A stretch of DNA of 64,000 nucleotides from Felis catus (GCF_018350175.1 NC_058382.1:50222001-50286000), one strand, 5' to 3'; shown: positions 12,205 to 25,175, counted from the stretch's first letter. Notes: generated from the sequence alone by a model not told the origin. Made by a program: numbers and translations.

Positions 12205-12926
12205 TACTGTTCTAAGTTTAATGACATGCATTTTTCAAGGCAGCCACCAGAGTCAGGGTGCAGAAATTCCAGAGTTGTTTCCTGTTTTCCTCAAGATGTT
12301 AACTAGCCCATCCAGTGGGAGCAAACTTGGGCCTCATGAGCACTGTGCTTCATCAAGCTGCAAAAATTGGCCATGGTTTTTAAGAGTATAGCTAGACTAT
12401 TAAGAGTACTTCAGTCAAATTTTATGAAGCTTTAAATAAATGGATTTTCTGGTTATTCTTGCAAAACTTACTCTTTTGAGTTAACTTACAACTAAAAGTG
12501 GCGCTTTCTCTCTTTTGTCACCCCCAATTCTCTTAGCACACAAACTACTCTCTGGGGAGAGACATCTGGGATGGAGACATAATATAACTGTAACTTAATG
12601 GGACCCCAATGGCCTTTAAAAGTTAATGCTGCTAAAGCAATTAATGAAGCTTCTAAAGTAAGGGATGTAAGCCCGAGGATAATTTATGCATTGGGATGAT
12701 CTGGCTCATTATTGGCATTATTTAACATTCCCCAGGCACTCAACTAGATCATGGCTACACATCCAAAAATAGGACAAGAAAATATTTTTTACTTCTATAG
12801 ATAGGAAAATATTCTTTACATTAGAAGAATTGAAAAAAAATCTTAAAATGGAATGTAACAAGTTGGGAGGATGGTTCATCCTTATTGGAATTCAACAAAT
12901 GAATACATAAATAAGAGTGATAGAAT

Positions 12927-12979
12927 ATATGAATATATGTACGTGTGTGTGTGGTGTGTATGTGTGTGTGTGTGTGTAC

Positions 12980-13011
<32 letters not shown>

Positions 13012-13128
13012 TTTTTTTAAGTAGGCTTCACACTCAGCAGAGCCAAAGTGGGGTTTGAACTCACGACCCTGAGATGAACACCTGTGCTGAGATCGAGTCG
13101 CCTCTTAACTAAGACACTTAGACACCCC
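12927..13128 (-). mobile_element. Older short CanSINE with (TG)n(TA)n microsatellite in its tail
   Basis: SINE head remnant 13020-13128; TSD AAGARTGATAGAAT at 12913 and 13129. Confidence 0.8.
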
Positions 13129-13628
13129 AAGAATGATAGAATTGTAAAATCACATTTTGAAACTAGGGATGAAATAGTGGGTCTGGGCAGTAATCGCAGT
13201 GAATCCTAAAATCATTAGGGGAACACTTGATTGGAAATTTTAAAATGAGGATGGACTAACATCATCTGAACCTACTGATAAATCTTAACATCATTAAATA
13301 TGAGGCAACCAGATGTCATAGGGTCAGTGATAAGAAGTAATAGGAAGTAAAAGCACCACATATGAAGTATGTTGTCAAAACACTTGAGCCTGACTACCTC
13401 AGGTCCTCTAAGATCTACCTGTCAGTTTGTAGGAAATACAGCAGACAGGAGAGTTAATGTATACACCACGCGGAAGTAGTCAGTCAAATGCAGAATGTGA
13501 AACATTAGATAGTACAAATCAGTGGAATAAATAATACTTAAAAAAATATAACAATATAGTATGTGGACATTGAGAGATCCTGATTAAAATAAGTAAAAAA
13601 TTTCATGATATTAAGAAATTACTGACTT

Positions 13629-13920
13629 TTAAAATATGAAATTTATTGTCAAATTGGTTTCCATACAACACCCAGTGCTCATCCCAACAGGTGCCCTCCT
13701 CTATGCCCATCACCCACTTTCCCCTCCCTCCCATCCCCCATCAACCCTCAGTTTATTCTCAGTTTTTAAGAGTCTCTTACAGTTTGCCTCCTTCCCTCTC
13801 TGTAACTTTTTTTTCCCCTTCCCCTTCCCCTTCCCCTTCTGTTAAGTTTCTCAGGATCCACCTAAGAGTGAAAACATACAGTATCTTTCTTTCTCTGTGT
13901 GACTTATTTTACTTAGCATA
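13629..13920 (-). mobile_element. Young 5'-truncated L1 3'UTR
   Basis: AATTTATTGTCAAATTGGTTTCCATACAACACCCAGTGCTCATCCC; TSD ACTGACTT at 13621 and 13921. Confidence 0.88.
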
Positions 13921-14032
13921 ACTGACTTAAAGTATGGTGATTATTTCAAAATAGCCTTAGAGAAGAAGCATAGTAGTATTTACAGTTGAAATACCATGCT
14001 ATGGGATTTGCTTTAAAATATTGTAGCTAAAT

Positions 14033-14260
14033 GGGGTGCCCGGGTGGCTCAGTTGGTTGAGCATCTGCCTTCTGCTCAGGTCATGATCTCATGGTTCATG
14101 AGTTCGAGCCCTGTGTTGGACTCTGTGCTGACAGCTCATGAGGAGCCTGGAGCCTGCTTCAGATTCTGTGTCACCCTCTCTCTCCGCTCCACCCCTGCTT
14201 GTGCTTTGTTTCTCTCTTTCAAAAATGAATAAAGATTAAAAAAAAATAAAAAAATAAAAA
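14033..14260 (+). mobile_element. CanSINE
   Basis: GGGGTGCCCGGGTGGCTCAG head, A tail, degenerate TSD. Confidence 0.93.
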
Positions 14261-14735
14261 AAATATTTTGGTTAAAATATGTGGGTCAGTAGATAAATTG
14301 AAGATGGTCACATGTTAATATATATTAAAGCTGGGTGATGAGAGTGTTCTGTCTACTTGTGGTTATGTTTGAAAATTTGCATAATTAAAAGGGGAACAGG
14401 AGTACCCTATGATAGACACAAAGATGGTAAGTGAAAGAATTTTTTTCTGTGACTGAAGACTTGAAGATACGGTAACATAATCAGATCAAGTGTGGATATT
14501 GTTTGGAGCTGATATAAAATTTTTAGACATTGTTCAGATACAGTCACAAAAAAAGGACTGTTTAATTTTGTGTTAAATCACCATTTTTGTAAATTGATTT
14601 CAAACATTGCTCCTTGTGATTTTACCTATGAGATGCACATATTTAATTTCTAAAGCATATTACTGACAGTTCTATGAATTCAACCAAAGTAAGAATTTTC
14701 TTGGTTCTGATGGTTTTAATATTGTCAAAATACCA

Positions 14736-14942
14736 GGGGGTGCCTAGGTGGCTCAGTCGGTTAAGTGTCTGACTTGAGCTCAGGTCATAATCTCGTGGGT
14801 TTGTGAGTTTGCGCCCTGCATTGGGCTTCCATGCTGTCAGCACAGAGCCCACTTTGGATTCTGTGTCTCCCTCTTGCTCTGCCCCTTTCCGGCTCGTTCT
14901 CTCTCTGCCCCCCTCTCAAAAGTATTTAAAAAAAAGTGTAAA
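14736..14942 (+). mobile_element. CanSINE
   Basis: SINE head and tail; TSD AAAATACCA. Confidence 0.92.
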
Positions 14943-15606
14943 AAAATACCAAATTTTCTAAAAAAAATTTTTTTTAGCAACACTGAGGGGGAAAAATGAT
15001 CTGTTCTTTTGCAAGTGGTGGTACTTTTCAATTTCTTTACGTAAATAACTTAAAATGACAAGCAGAATGATTGTAATATTTCTTATTTCTTACTGTTTTG
15101 GAAATATTTTCTTGTTTCTCACATGTTGTAGATTTCTCACTCAAGTTTGACTGCACTGTAGTTTATTTCAAGCAAACCATGCAAAGTGCATTTTAAACAA
15201 TTTTATCATATATGATATGTGTCTGGCCGGGTGCCTGTAAAAACACCAGTGTGAATTTAGGGAAACCAAGGCAATAATATTTAAGGATCTGCATCATTTC
15301 AAGGGTCCTGGAGAGAAAGGCAACTTGAATTTAAATAAGGCAGTCACAAGTGTGTGCATGTGTAGCGGGTCTACCCTATAGTACAAAGGCTCTGCCACGT
15401 ACATCCTCCCCATAGATTCTCTCCAAAGCTTTCTAATTCACATGGCACCCTGTGATTTCCCCACTTTTGATGACTCTTTGTGATTTCTCCGTTTTTTCAA
15501 ACCCATGGAAGATGAACCGTGTGTGAGTGAAACAGCCACATCTAGCACTGCCAAGATCCTATCTACAAATTGGAATTACTGATGTTTCATGCTAATATCT
15601 CATCTT

Positions 15607-15607
15607 T

Positions 15608-15663
<56 letters not shown>
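15607..15663. repeat. (TACA)n(CA)n microsatellite
   Basis: Read directly. Confidence 0.95.
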
Positions 15664-15790
15664 TTAATTTTACTTTTATTTTTGGAAGAACACTTGACAT
15701 GAGATCTACCTCTTAAAGTTTTTAGAGTACAATATCATTGAGTCTAGGTGCAATGTTGTACAGCAGGTCTGTAGAACTTATTTAACGTGT
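15664..15790 (-). mobile_element. L1MA-like 3' end fragment
   Basis: AACACTTGACATGAGATCTACC..GTACAGCAGGTCTGTAGAACTTATT, similar to 2410-2540 and 22985-23110. Confidence 0.65.
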
Positions 15791-16416
15791 CCTGGTCAGT
15801 ACTGTTATAATTATGTCCCCCTACTGATCTGGGTGCAGTGTCATTAATTGTCCTGTCCTATTCCTTTTCTTATCCTCTGCACTTTTTTGTACTGCATGTG
15901 TCCTATCAGGTACCTCTCTAGAGGGACTACTCTCTGTTCTGCTGCACTGAATGCCAGCCTGTCTCAAGATACCGTGTCTTTATGTCCCACTTGACATTCT
16001 TCCTAACTTGTTGTTGCTCTTAGGGTTTTTGTTTACATCCATTTCCTTTTGTAAGTTGGATACACTAAACATCAGATAATAAGGGAGAAGACAAGTATTT
16101 GTGTCTCGTGGATACCCTTGGCTTCTCTGGGCGCTTTCAATTACAGTGTTTTCCTACTTTAATGAGACTCCGTGTGCATGAGAGTGGGGAGTAGCATAAA
16201 ATGCAATGATGCAAAGTAATTTGAAAGGCCAAATTCCATAGTAATATTCACCTTCGGGGACTCTCTAGAATTTTGAAGGAGAATTGTGGAGCACTATTAT
16301 ATTTCAACACTGCAGGTCCCTGACCAGGTGTGAGATAGAGACATAGAGGGTTTCTGGATACTGGATCTGTACCAACAGTTGTTTTATGGAAAATATCCAA
16401 TTGTTTGTTAGCTTTT

Positions 16417-16639
16417 TTTAAAATTTTTTTTTTCAGCATTTTTTATTTATTTTTGGGACAGAGCGAGACAGAGCATGAACGGGGGAGGGGCAGAGAGAGA
16501 GGGAGACACAGAATTGGAAACAGGCTCCAGGCTCTGAGCCATCAGCCCAGAGCCCGACGCGGGGCTCGAACCCACGGACCGTGAGATCGTGACCTGGCTG
16601 AAGTCGGACGCTCAACCGACTGCGCCACCCGGGCGCCCC
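16417..16639 (-). mobile_element. Young CanSINE (SINEC_Fc-type)
   Basis: TSD TGTTTGTTAGCTTTT at 16402 and 16641. Confidence 0.96.
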
Positions 16640-16771
16640 ATGTTTGTTAGCTTTTAATGTGGAAGAAATCTCATTCACATTAAACTAATTCAGTGTTTTA
16701 GATTAGGAAAAAAATCACTCAGATACTGGAGATGAGATAATTTCCAGGTGGGGCTCTTCATTTGCTTAAAG

Positions 16772-16960
16772 TGGTGGCTTTTTCAAAGTCTGGTCTTGGG
16801 ACCAAAAACATCCAGCATCACCTGGAAACTTGTTAGAAATGCAGATTAACAAGTCCCATTCCAGACCTTTTGACTGAAAAACTCCTGAGTGAGTTCCGGA
16901 AATCTGTTTTCACAAGCCTACTAGGGGATTCTGGTGGATGCACAAATTTAAGAACAACTG
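16772..16960. mobile_element. MER5A-like hAT-Charlie MITE
   Basis: TCAAAGT.TGGTC..GGGACCA..CAGCATCACCTGGAAACTTGTTAGAAATGCA...AGAACAACTG; about 190 bp. Confidence 0.8.
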
Positions 16961-17543
16961 GTTTCATGCGTATTTTTCAAAAGAGAGATTTTGAAATTTT
17001 TCATCCACTTTTTCCATCTGAATACTATGAAATCCTTTGAAATAATCCTTCAAGTCAGAGCAGTAGTCCTTCCCCACTCCCCACTCAGGAGTATTAGTAA
17101 GAGTAATGAAGTTCATACTAGTTTGATAATACAGCTTATTGATAACTCAGAAAATATTCGTGTTTACTTATTATTGCAAGTGTCACATTATATCAGTAGT
17201 GTCAGTGGCCTGATGCATAGCCTTAATACCTCCATGTTTCTAAGGAAAACAAGCAAGGTATGCCTGTAGCTCCTTTAGGATCCATAGATTAATAATAAAG
17301 CAGTAATTGAGTCAGGAATAGAGTGAAACTCAGTTTCAAATTCCAGGTCTGAGCAGCATATTCCCCCCAGGATATGAGATAGTACATACTGTAACATTCA
17401 TTGCCTTGCCAAGCATACCAAAGGAGCTTAATGTTAGCTTTTATTATCCTGGTGCTCTTTAATACTATTCCAGAGAAGACTGCTGATGCGTCCCTGTTTA
17501 TGTCATTGTGAAGTCTGACCAACTGACAAAAACAAAAACAAAA

Positions 17544-17790
17544 GGGGCGCCTGGGTGGCGCAGTCGGTTGAGCGTCCGACTTCAGCCAGGTCACGATCTC
17601 GCGGTCCGTGAGTTCGAGCCCCGCGTCAGGCTCTGGGCTGATGGCTCGGAGCCTGGAGCTTGTTTCCGATTCTGTGTCTCCCTCTCTCTCTGCCCTTCCC
17701 CCGTTCATGCTCTGTCTCTCTCTGTCCCAAAAATAAATAAACGTTGAAAAAAAAAATTAAAAAAAAAAATAAAAAAAAATAAAAAAAACA
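17544..17790 (+). mobile_element. Young CanSINE (SINEC_Fc-type)
   Basis: GGGGCGCCTGGGTGGCGCAGTCGG head, long A tail, TSD AAAACAAAAACAAAA. Confidence 0.96.
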
Positions 17791-17949
17791 AAACAAAAAC
17801 AAAAAAACCCTCTTCAACAGCTTATTTTTTCTTAAGACTGTGTGTATCAATGAAGTTCTAAAGAAAATATTAGAAATTAGCAGTGTATTAAAAATAAATT
17901 TACTATGACTAGATTCAATAAAACCATCCTTATGATCTTTGTATTCTTA

Positions 17950-18500
17950 AGAGATGTCTTTTTATTGTAGAGTGATATTTCTTGCTCAAAAGTCTGATGT
18001 TAATATAGTTACACCAGCTTTATTTACAAACTTTTTAGTTACAAACTTTTGGTATATCATTCCCCATCCCTTTATTTTAGACAGCTTTTGTCTTTTAAAA
18101 CATAGACCTTGTAAACAGCATACAGTAGGGCTTTATTATTTCTCTCCAATATGAAAATCTTTGCTTTATGTACAATGTTGATTTTATTAACATTTAATTA
18201 TAGTTGTTGGTTATTTACTTATTACTAAGTCTGCCATTTTGCTTTTTCTCTATTTTCCCTTCTCTTTGTTTTTCTCCCTTTTTATCTTTGGATTAATCAA
18301 TATTTTTATTATTTCTCATTTTTAGTCAACTTTTTCAGTTGATTGCAGTATTTATCCTTGGCTTGTTAAAAGTTTAAACTAGTACTTTTTATATTTCCAA
18401 AGTAATGCAATTATTTAACAAGAGTTTAATTCTATTTAAACCCTACTTGGGACTTTCTTTTCTTGTTTATCTTTGATGTTCCTACCATTCTTTGTTTTGT
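17950..18500 (-). mobile_element. Decayed old L1M fragment (ORF2 start region)
   Basis: GTCTGATGTTAATATAGTTACACCAGCTTT..CTTGTAAACAGCATA resembles antisense endonuclease N-terminal sequence. Confidence 0.55.
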
Positions 18501-18545
18501 CTCAGGGGATATTTATTGTATTTATTTAAATTTTTTGACCCCATA

Positions 18546-18667
18546 GGGGCACCTGGGTGGCTAGTTGGTGAAGTGTCTGACTTTGGGTCAGGATCTCACA
18601 GTTGGTGGGTTTGAGCCCTGTGTTGGGCTCTGTGCAGACAGCTCAGAGTGTGGAGCCTGCTTCAGAT

Positions 18668-18721
<54 letters not shown>

Positions 18722-18785
18722 CTTCTCCTGCTTGTACTTTGTCTCTCTCTCTCTCAAAAATAAATTAAAAAAATTAAAAAAAATA
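18546..18785 (+). mobile_element. CanSINE with expanded (CT)n
   Basis: SINE head and tail; TSD-like TTGA(T)CCC(C)ATA. Confidence 0.93.
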
Positions 18786-20324
18786 TTGATCCCATATGTT
18801 TCAGTAATTCAGATGATAAGTATTCTTTAGTTTTTGTGTTTCTTGTGTTTATATTGCTTTTTAATTTTTTCTGTTTCATGGCCTGTGAGTTGCTCATTTC
18901 CTCCCAGTTAGTAGCCACCCTCTCTGGCAAGAAGGGTCAGGGGCAGGTACTGGCCTGTGACTCTCCTGGTGTGTTTGGATATAAGGGAGGGGATGGGCTC
19001 CATGATGGAGAGCTGTAGGCACTGTAAAACTGTTATCTTGAACTCTGACGGGCTCTTTCTCACTTTCTGGTAAACTCTCAAGTTAGGGAGTAGGAATCTC
19101 CTTAGGTTTGTTGTTCAAGGTTTTGGACTTGAGAATAGAGGAGTCAATGGGACATGACTGCAGAACAGCTTTAACCCTGTAGGCTTTGTGTTCTGACAAC
19201 AGTGGGATGCCTGACAGCCATGTTGGGCAAAGGTTGTTCCAAAGCACTGTGTGTGTGGGAGGGGTGGAAGCCCCCAGATCCACCTATGCCACACATATGG
19301 CATAAAGAGATACAGCACATACACAACAATCTCTGACCTGCTCAGGAACTTCTCAGAGTTGGTACGTATTTCCTCATACTCACTCTGTGTTTTCATTCTG
19401 TGTTTTCTCCATGAGACAGACCTAGTAGCCAATGCTGTGTCACCATGGAGTCAGGGCTATTGTTTGTTTCATGGTCTGTTCACCGTGCTTTCCTCTCAGC
19501 TGTCCTTGAAATGCACAGTTTGGGCTCCTATATTTTGATAGACGAGAAAATTTGTGAGTTGAAAGCCAGGGCTGTGAATAAATACTTGATATAATTGTTT
19601 GCTCTGGGGAGGTCACATGCTATGATAGGAGAAGTCCCTCTCCATCCCCATATCTTGATCAGATTCCAGATCCAGAAATCAGAGATTGAAATAAAAGTGA
19701 GATCAACGGTGTTCTTTTTTGCCATTTTTGACTTCTTGCTGGCCAACAGAGGGGAGATTGAGACCATCTCTTGAGGGGTATGGGATCATCATAGAGAAGA
19801 CCTTGTGCCTTGCTGTGAGTTGGGGGTATGGGATGGGGTTCGTGGAAAGAGTTGTCTTCACCACATGAAGCAAATGTAGCACTAAGTGGGGTGTTTAGGC
19901 TGGGAAGGCTTAAGAACCATCAGCTTCCCTGGGGTCTTAGTGTCATCTGAGAGAGTAAATGTGTCCTTTGGTATGGGATGCTGGGCAGCCTCCGATTTCC
20001 CCCAGAATACTATGTAAGTAGAGAGAGCTATCTTTCTCTCTTGGTGACAATTTATGTTCAACTAGGGGAAGTGTTAGAGAAACAGGTATCTTTCTAACTC
20101 CTCTTCTTCCTAACTACCCCCTACCCCCGCCTTTCAGTTCTACTCTTTGTGGAAATAAAAAAAAAAAAACAAAAAAATTCAGTTTGTACTACGAGATGTG
20201 GTTGCCAGTGGCATCTGGTCTTCTTGTTGATGTCCTGCTTTGAAGAATCCGAAAAACCTGCCACCCTTCCCCTGAGGAGCAGCTGCCCCACTGGGATCTA
20301 ATGTCAACCCTGACTATGTACTAG

Positions 20325-20465
20325 AAACATCTGAGCAGCTTCAAAGAATAAAGAGCCTAGCCCCATGACCAGAATTCCTGACTTCAGTTGGTCTTGAGGG
20401 GGGTCAGGACACTGGTATGTTTTATGGTTTCCCAAGTCACTCTTAGCTCTAGATGGCACTGGGAG
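20325..20465. mobile_element. Possible degenerate MER5-like MITE
   Basis: TAGAAACATCTGAGCAGCTT..CCAGAATTCCTGACTTCAGTTGGTCT..TTCCCAAGTCACTCT. Confidence 0.4.
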
Positions 20466-20616
20466 CAGGGCTTGAAGATCTATACTGGTGGGGTGGCAGG
20501 TGTTTAGGAAAGAGGAGTTGTAGTGGAGGGAGGAGGGGGATAAGACAGAAAATGGCATTTCCAGAATTCTATTCAGAGTGGAACAAAAAGTGATATGATT
20601 GGAAAGATAATAGAGT

Positions 20617-20827
20617 TAAAAAAATTTTTTTTTTAATGTTTATTTTTGAAAGAGAGACAGAATGAGAGTGGGTTAGGGGCAGAGAGAGGGAGACATAGAA
20701 GCAGAAGCAGGCTCCAGGCTCTGAGCTGTCAGCACAAAGCCCGACGTGGGGCTCAAACTCCAGAGCTGTGAGATCATGACCTGAGCCAAAGTTGGACGCT
20801 CAACCGATTGAGCCACCCAGGTGCCCC
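20617..20827 (-). mobile_element. CanSINE
   Basis: TSD TGGAAAGATAATAGAGT at 20600 and 20829. Confidence 0.95.
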
Positions 20828-21334
20828 ATGGAAAGATAATAGAGTCTTATCTTATGGATGTTGTGGGTTTAACTAGTCCACATAAGCTGTGCCTTTTCTC
20901 TCCGGTTTCTTTTGTTTCTTTCAACTGTTGGTGATGATCATTATCTCTTCACACTATTTGGCACAAGCCTGCTTGGGTCCTGTTCATTTCCATATTGATA
21001 TCCCCAGTTGGCAAGGGCATTCCAAGTTCTTACAACATTATTTGGTAGGAGAATGCACTCTGGCCTGGCAACTCCTGTACTTGCAAAGTTGCATATCCCA
21101 AATGTCAATCTTTGGTGAGCAGAACACCTTTCTATTTATTGCTAGTGTCTACTCTCATTGGAGGGAGTTGGGTGGGTGGGTGGGCTTCTAAAGTTACATA
21201 CAAATTAGGAAGTCTTCTGATTATTATTGAATTTGCCATTTTAACCATTTTGGAGAAACTTCGCTCTCTTTCGACTTTTAGGATTAACAACTGATAGAAT
21301 GGGAATTTTGATCTGGAGATGTCTGTATCTTTTG

Positions 21335-21763
21335 GTAAATTCCATGTTAGGTTACATGACAAAGGGGAGTAAAGATTATAGATAGAATTAGGTTGCTAAT
21401 CAAGTAATCTTAAAATAGGTAGGTCATCTTGGATTATAATCACAAGGGTCTTTTAAATTGGAAAAGGGAACTTGAGGAGAGAGCCAAAGAGTTGGCAGCG
21501 GGAGGGGGACTCCACCCCTGGGTTGCTGGCTTTGAAGATGGGGGAAGGGGACCACCAGCCACGGAATGCAGGCCTCCTTCAGAAGCTAAAAAAGGTAAGG
21601 AAATGGATTATCCACTAGATCCTCCAGTAGGGAGTGCAGCTCTGTGGGCATTGTGGTTCTTTTTAAACTTAAAACCTCCAGAACCATAAGATAATAAACT
21701 TGTGTTGTTTTCAACCACTAATTTTGTGGCAATTGATTATAGCAGCAATGGTAAATGAATATA
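21335..21763 (+). mobile_element. MaLR LTR (MLT1C/D-like)
   Basis: GTTGCTGGCTTTGAAGATGG..AAGGAAATGGATT..CCTCCAGAAC..AGATAATAAACTTGTGTTGTTTT..ATAGCAGCAAT. Confidence 0.85.
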
Positions 21764-22984
21764 TTGTTAAAAGAGATGAAGAAATTAATAATGATAAGAA
21801 CAAACATGCAAAGACTTAAAGATCCTATGATGGAATTGACTATAAATTTGCTAAATATTAATTTTTTAAACAGAATGTCTTTGTACAGATTTTAAATGAC
21901 TTAGTGAAATGAAACCATTGTTGAGAAAGAGGTTTAACAGAAGAATTAATTTTCCCTCCTTACAGGCCTTTTCTCTGATACTTAATTGCCTAATGGAAAA
22001 TTAGTTCATAATCAATATTCTTCGAAGTAAGTTTATTTAAGGGACTTGAAAAGGAGCCATTTCTAGTTTTCTGAGCATAATAGACTCAAATCCAGTTTAC
22101 TCCATTTGTGGAGGCAAGAGTGCCTCTTTGCCCCTCCCCCAGCCCCAGGTTTCTTTTTAAACATTTATTAATCTAATACAGGGCTAAGTAAGCACGAAGT
22201 CAATCTAGGTGTGTATGGTTTTAATTCATTTTCATGGATGTCTGTGTTTCATGGAAGTCTTGTTTTTTTATTTCCCCAAAGGAAAAACACTTTGATAATA
22301 AAAAAGAGAAAATAACAAGACATCCCCCCCCCCCCCCAACTAATATAATAATAACAAATGAAACAACAAGAGGATGAAGCTGACACTTGAAACACTTCTG
22401 AAATGCTTCCAGGGGTCAGCCAATTGCTAGCGGCCTGGTTATTTTCTACATTGTTTTCATAAAACCGTCTCCGCTTATTTGGCAAAATGGAAGTTTAGTC
22501 ATTGTGGAAATTGTTTGCAAGAGTCTAAGAAAAATTCTTTAAAACATATTTGGGATAAAAAAGACTTGGGATGAAAGAAAGCTGTGTAGTAGGTGCTTTC
22601 TCTTTGAGGTCTATTATAGTCAGTTACTCTTGCAGCCCAGCCTAAATCGCACTCTCTTCCTTTGTAAGTACTCAGAAAATGTTTCATTTTTGTGAAGAGC
22701 TGTCGGACACCCAGAAGCTTCACCTTCAGTAAGATTATTTCTGGACGTGAGAACAATTGAAGCGTTGTTTCTTCAAAATCACTGCAATATACTTCAGAAG
22801 CCCTGCTTGTAGAATACTCTTTTATTTATGTCCCGTCAGTGCTTGTCCGAGCTTTTGTGTCCACCTCTCTTTTGTCTCTAAATGATGAGTAGAGTTGGCA
22901 CTACACAGATAATTCAGAGATGTGTTCTGAACTGTCATTATTTTGGAAGTTCTTTATTTTTTTAAAAAAATTATTTCTTTATCT

Positions 22985-23270
22985 TAGTATGATAAAACAC
23001 ATGCACGAGATCTACCCTCTTAAGAAATATTTGAGTGTCTAGTCTTAGCATTGTTATGAGCACAGTGCTGTAGAGCTGATCTCTAGAACATTTTCATCTT
23101 ACACAAGTGTGAAACTTTATTCACACTGAGCAGTAATTCTCCATTCTCCCTCCCCCAGCTACTGGTACCTACCTCCCTCTGCTGCCATGAGTTTGACCAT
23201 TTTAGATACTTTGCCTAAGGGGAGTCGTGCCATATCTTTCTTTCTGTGACTGGCTTATGTCACTTAGCAC
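22985..23270 (-). mobile_element. L1MA/MB-like 3' end fragment
   Basis: GAGATCTACCCTCTTAA..TCTCTAGAAC..TCTGTGACTGGCTTATGTCACTTAGCA. Confidence 0.7.
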
Positions 23271-23926
23271 CAGGGCTACTTAGAGAACTTGGTGTCTGGA
23301 GGAGACAGCATTTGTTGAGTGAGCCTGAACCTGTGCCCTGGTGGTGGTGGTGATGGGGTACTTCTGATTCATGGGGTTTATGATTCAGACCACAAATCCC
23401 CTAAGGAAAAACACATCATCAGAAGATTGTAGGTAAGTTTTTATTAAAGATGGTGGAAGAAAGATGTAGTAAAAGATGTTAGGTCAGACGTTTAAAGGTT
23501 TTTTCTATGCTTAATTCCCTTTTTACTTTTCAAATTTTTATTTAAATTCTAGTTAAGATACAGTGCAATATTGATTTCAGGAGTATAACTCAGTGATTCA
23601 TCATTTACTTACAAAACCCAGTGCTCAGCACAAGTGCCCTCAATTCCCATCAGCCATCTAGCCCATCCCCCACCCACTTCCCTTCCTCAACCCTCATTTT
23701 GTTCTCTATCTTTAAGAGTCTCTTATGGTCTGTTTCCCTCTCCTTTTTCTTTTTTCCTCTTCCTATATGTTCATCTGTTTTGTTTCTTAAATTCCACATA
23801 TGAGTGAAATCTTACGGCATTTGTCTTTCTCTGCCTTCTTTCACTTAGCATAATACACTTTAGCTCCATCCACATCATTGTAAAGGGCAAGATTTCATTC
23901 TTCTTTATGGCTGAGTAATATTCTGT

Positions 23927-24057
23927 TATATATATTTATGTGTGTGTATATGTATATGTGTATAAACATGTATTTATCTTTATATGTGTATATATATGTA
24001 TTTGTATTTATATACATACACATACACATACACACATGCACATACATACACACACAC
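23927..24057. repeat. (TA)/(TG)/(CA) low-complexity microsatellite in L1 3' region
   Basis: Read directly. Confidence 0.9.
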
Positions 24058-25073
24058 CCCGTATCTTCTTTATTCATTCATCAGTCGATGGACATTTGGG
24101 CTGTCTCCATAGTTAGGTTATTGTTGATAATGCTGCAATAAACTTCACGGTGCCTGTACCCCCTTTGAATCAGTATTTTTGTATCCTTTGGGTAAATACC
24201 TAATAGTGCAGTTGCCGGATCTTAGGGTAGTTCTGTTTTTAACTTTTTAGGGAACTTCCATACTGTTTTCCAGAGTGGTTGCACCAGTTTTCATTCCAAC
24301 AGTGCAACACCTGTTGTCTCTTGTGTTAATTTTAGCCATTCTGACAGGTGTGAGGTGGTATCTCATTATGTTTTGATTTGTATTTCTCTGATGATGAGTG
24401 ATGTTGAGCATCATATCTGGATGTCTTCTTTGGAAAAATGTCTATTCATGGCTTTTGCCCATTTCTTAACTGGATTATCTGTTTTTGGATATTGAGTTTG
24501 ATAAGTTCTTTATAGATTTTGGATACTAGCCCCTTATCTGATATGTCATTTGCAAATATCTTCTCCCATTTTATAGGCTGCCTTTTAGCTTTGTTGATTG
24601 TTTCCTTCACGGTACAGAAGTTTGTTTTTTTATCTTGATGAGGTCACAGTAGTTGATTATTGCATTGGTTTCCCTTGCCTCTGGCGTTGTGTCTAGTAAG
24701 AAGTTGCTCTGGACAAGATCAAAGACTGTGTTCTCTTCTAGGATTTTGATGGTTTCCTGTCTCACATTTAGGTCTTTCATCCATTTTGAAGTTATTTTTG
24801 TGTGTGGTGTGAGAAAGTGGTCCAGTCTCATTCTTTTGCATGTTGCTGTTCAGTTTTCCCATCACCATTTGTTGAAGAGACTCTTTTTTCCATTGAATAT
24901 TCCTTCCTCCTTTGTCAAAGATGAGTTAACCATATAGTTTTGCATCCATTTCCAGGTTTACTATTCTGTTTCATTGATCTATGGGTTTTTGTGTCAGTAC
25001 CATACTGTCTGGATGACTACAGCTTTATAATAGAGCTTGATATCCAGAATCATGATGCCTCCAGCTTTTCTTT

Positions 25074-25143
25074 TCGTTTCGTTTTTTTCTTTTCTTTTCT
25101 TTTCTTTTCTTTTCTTTTCTTTTCTTTTCTTTTCTTTTCTTTT

Positions 25144-25175
<32 letters not shown>

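Larger units (their letters stand above)
13140..14390 (+). mobile_element. Old L1 (L1ME/MC-like) 3' region, interrupted by a younger L1 and a SINE
   Basis: AGATCTACCTGTCAGTTTGTAGGAAATACAG and terminal TATGTTTGAAAATTTGCATAATTAAAA resemble L1ME 3' ends. Confidence 0.6.
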
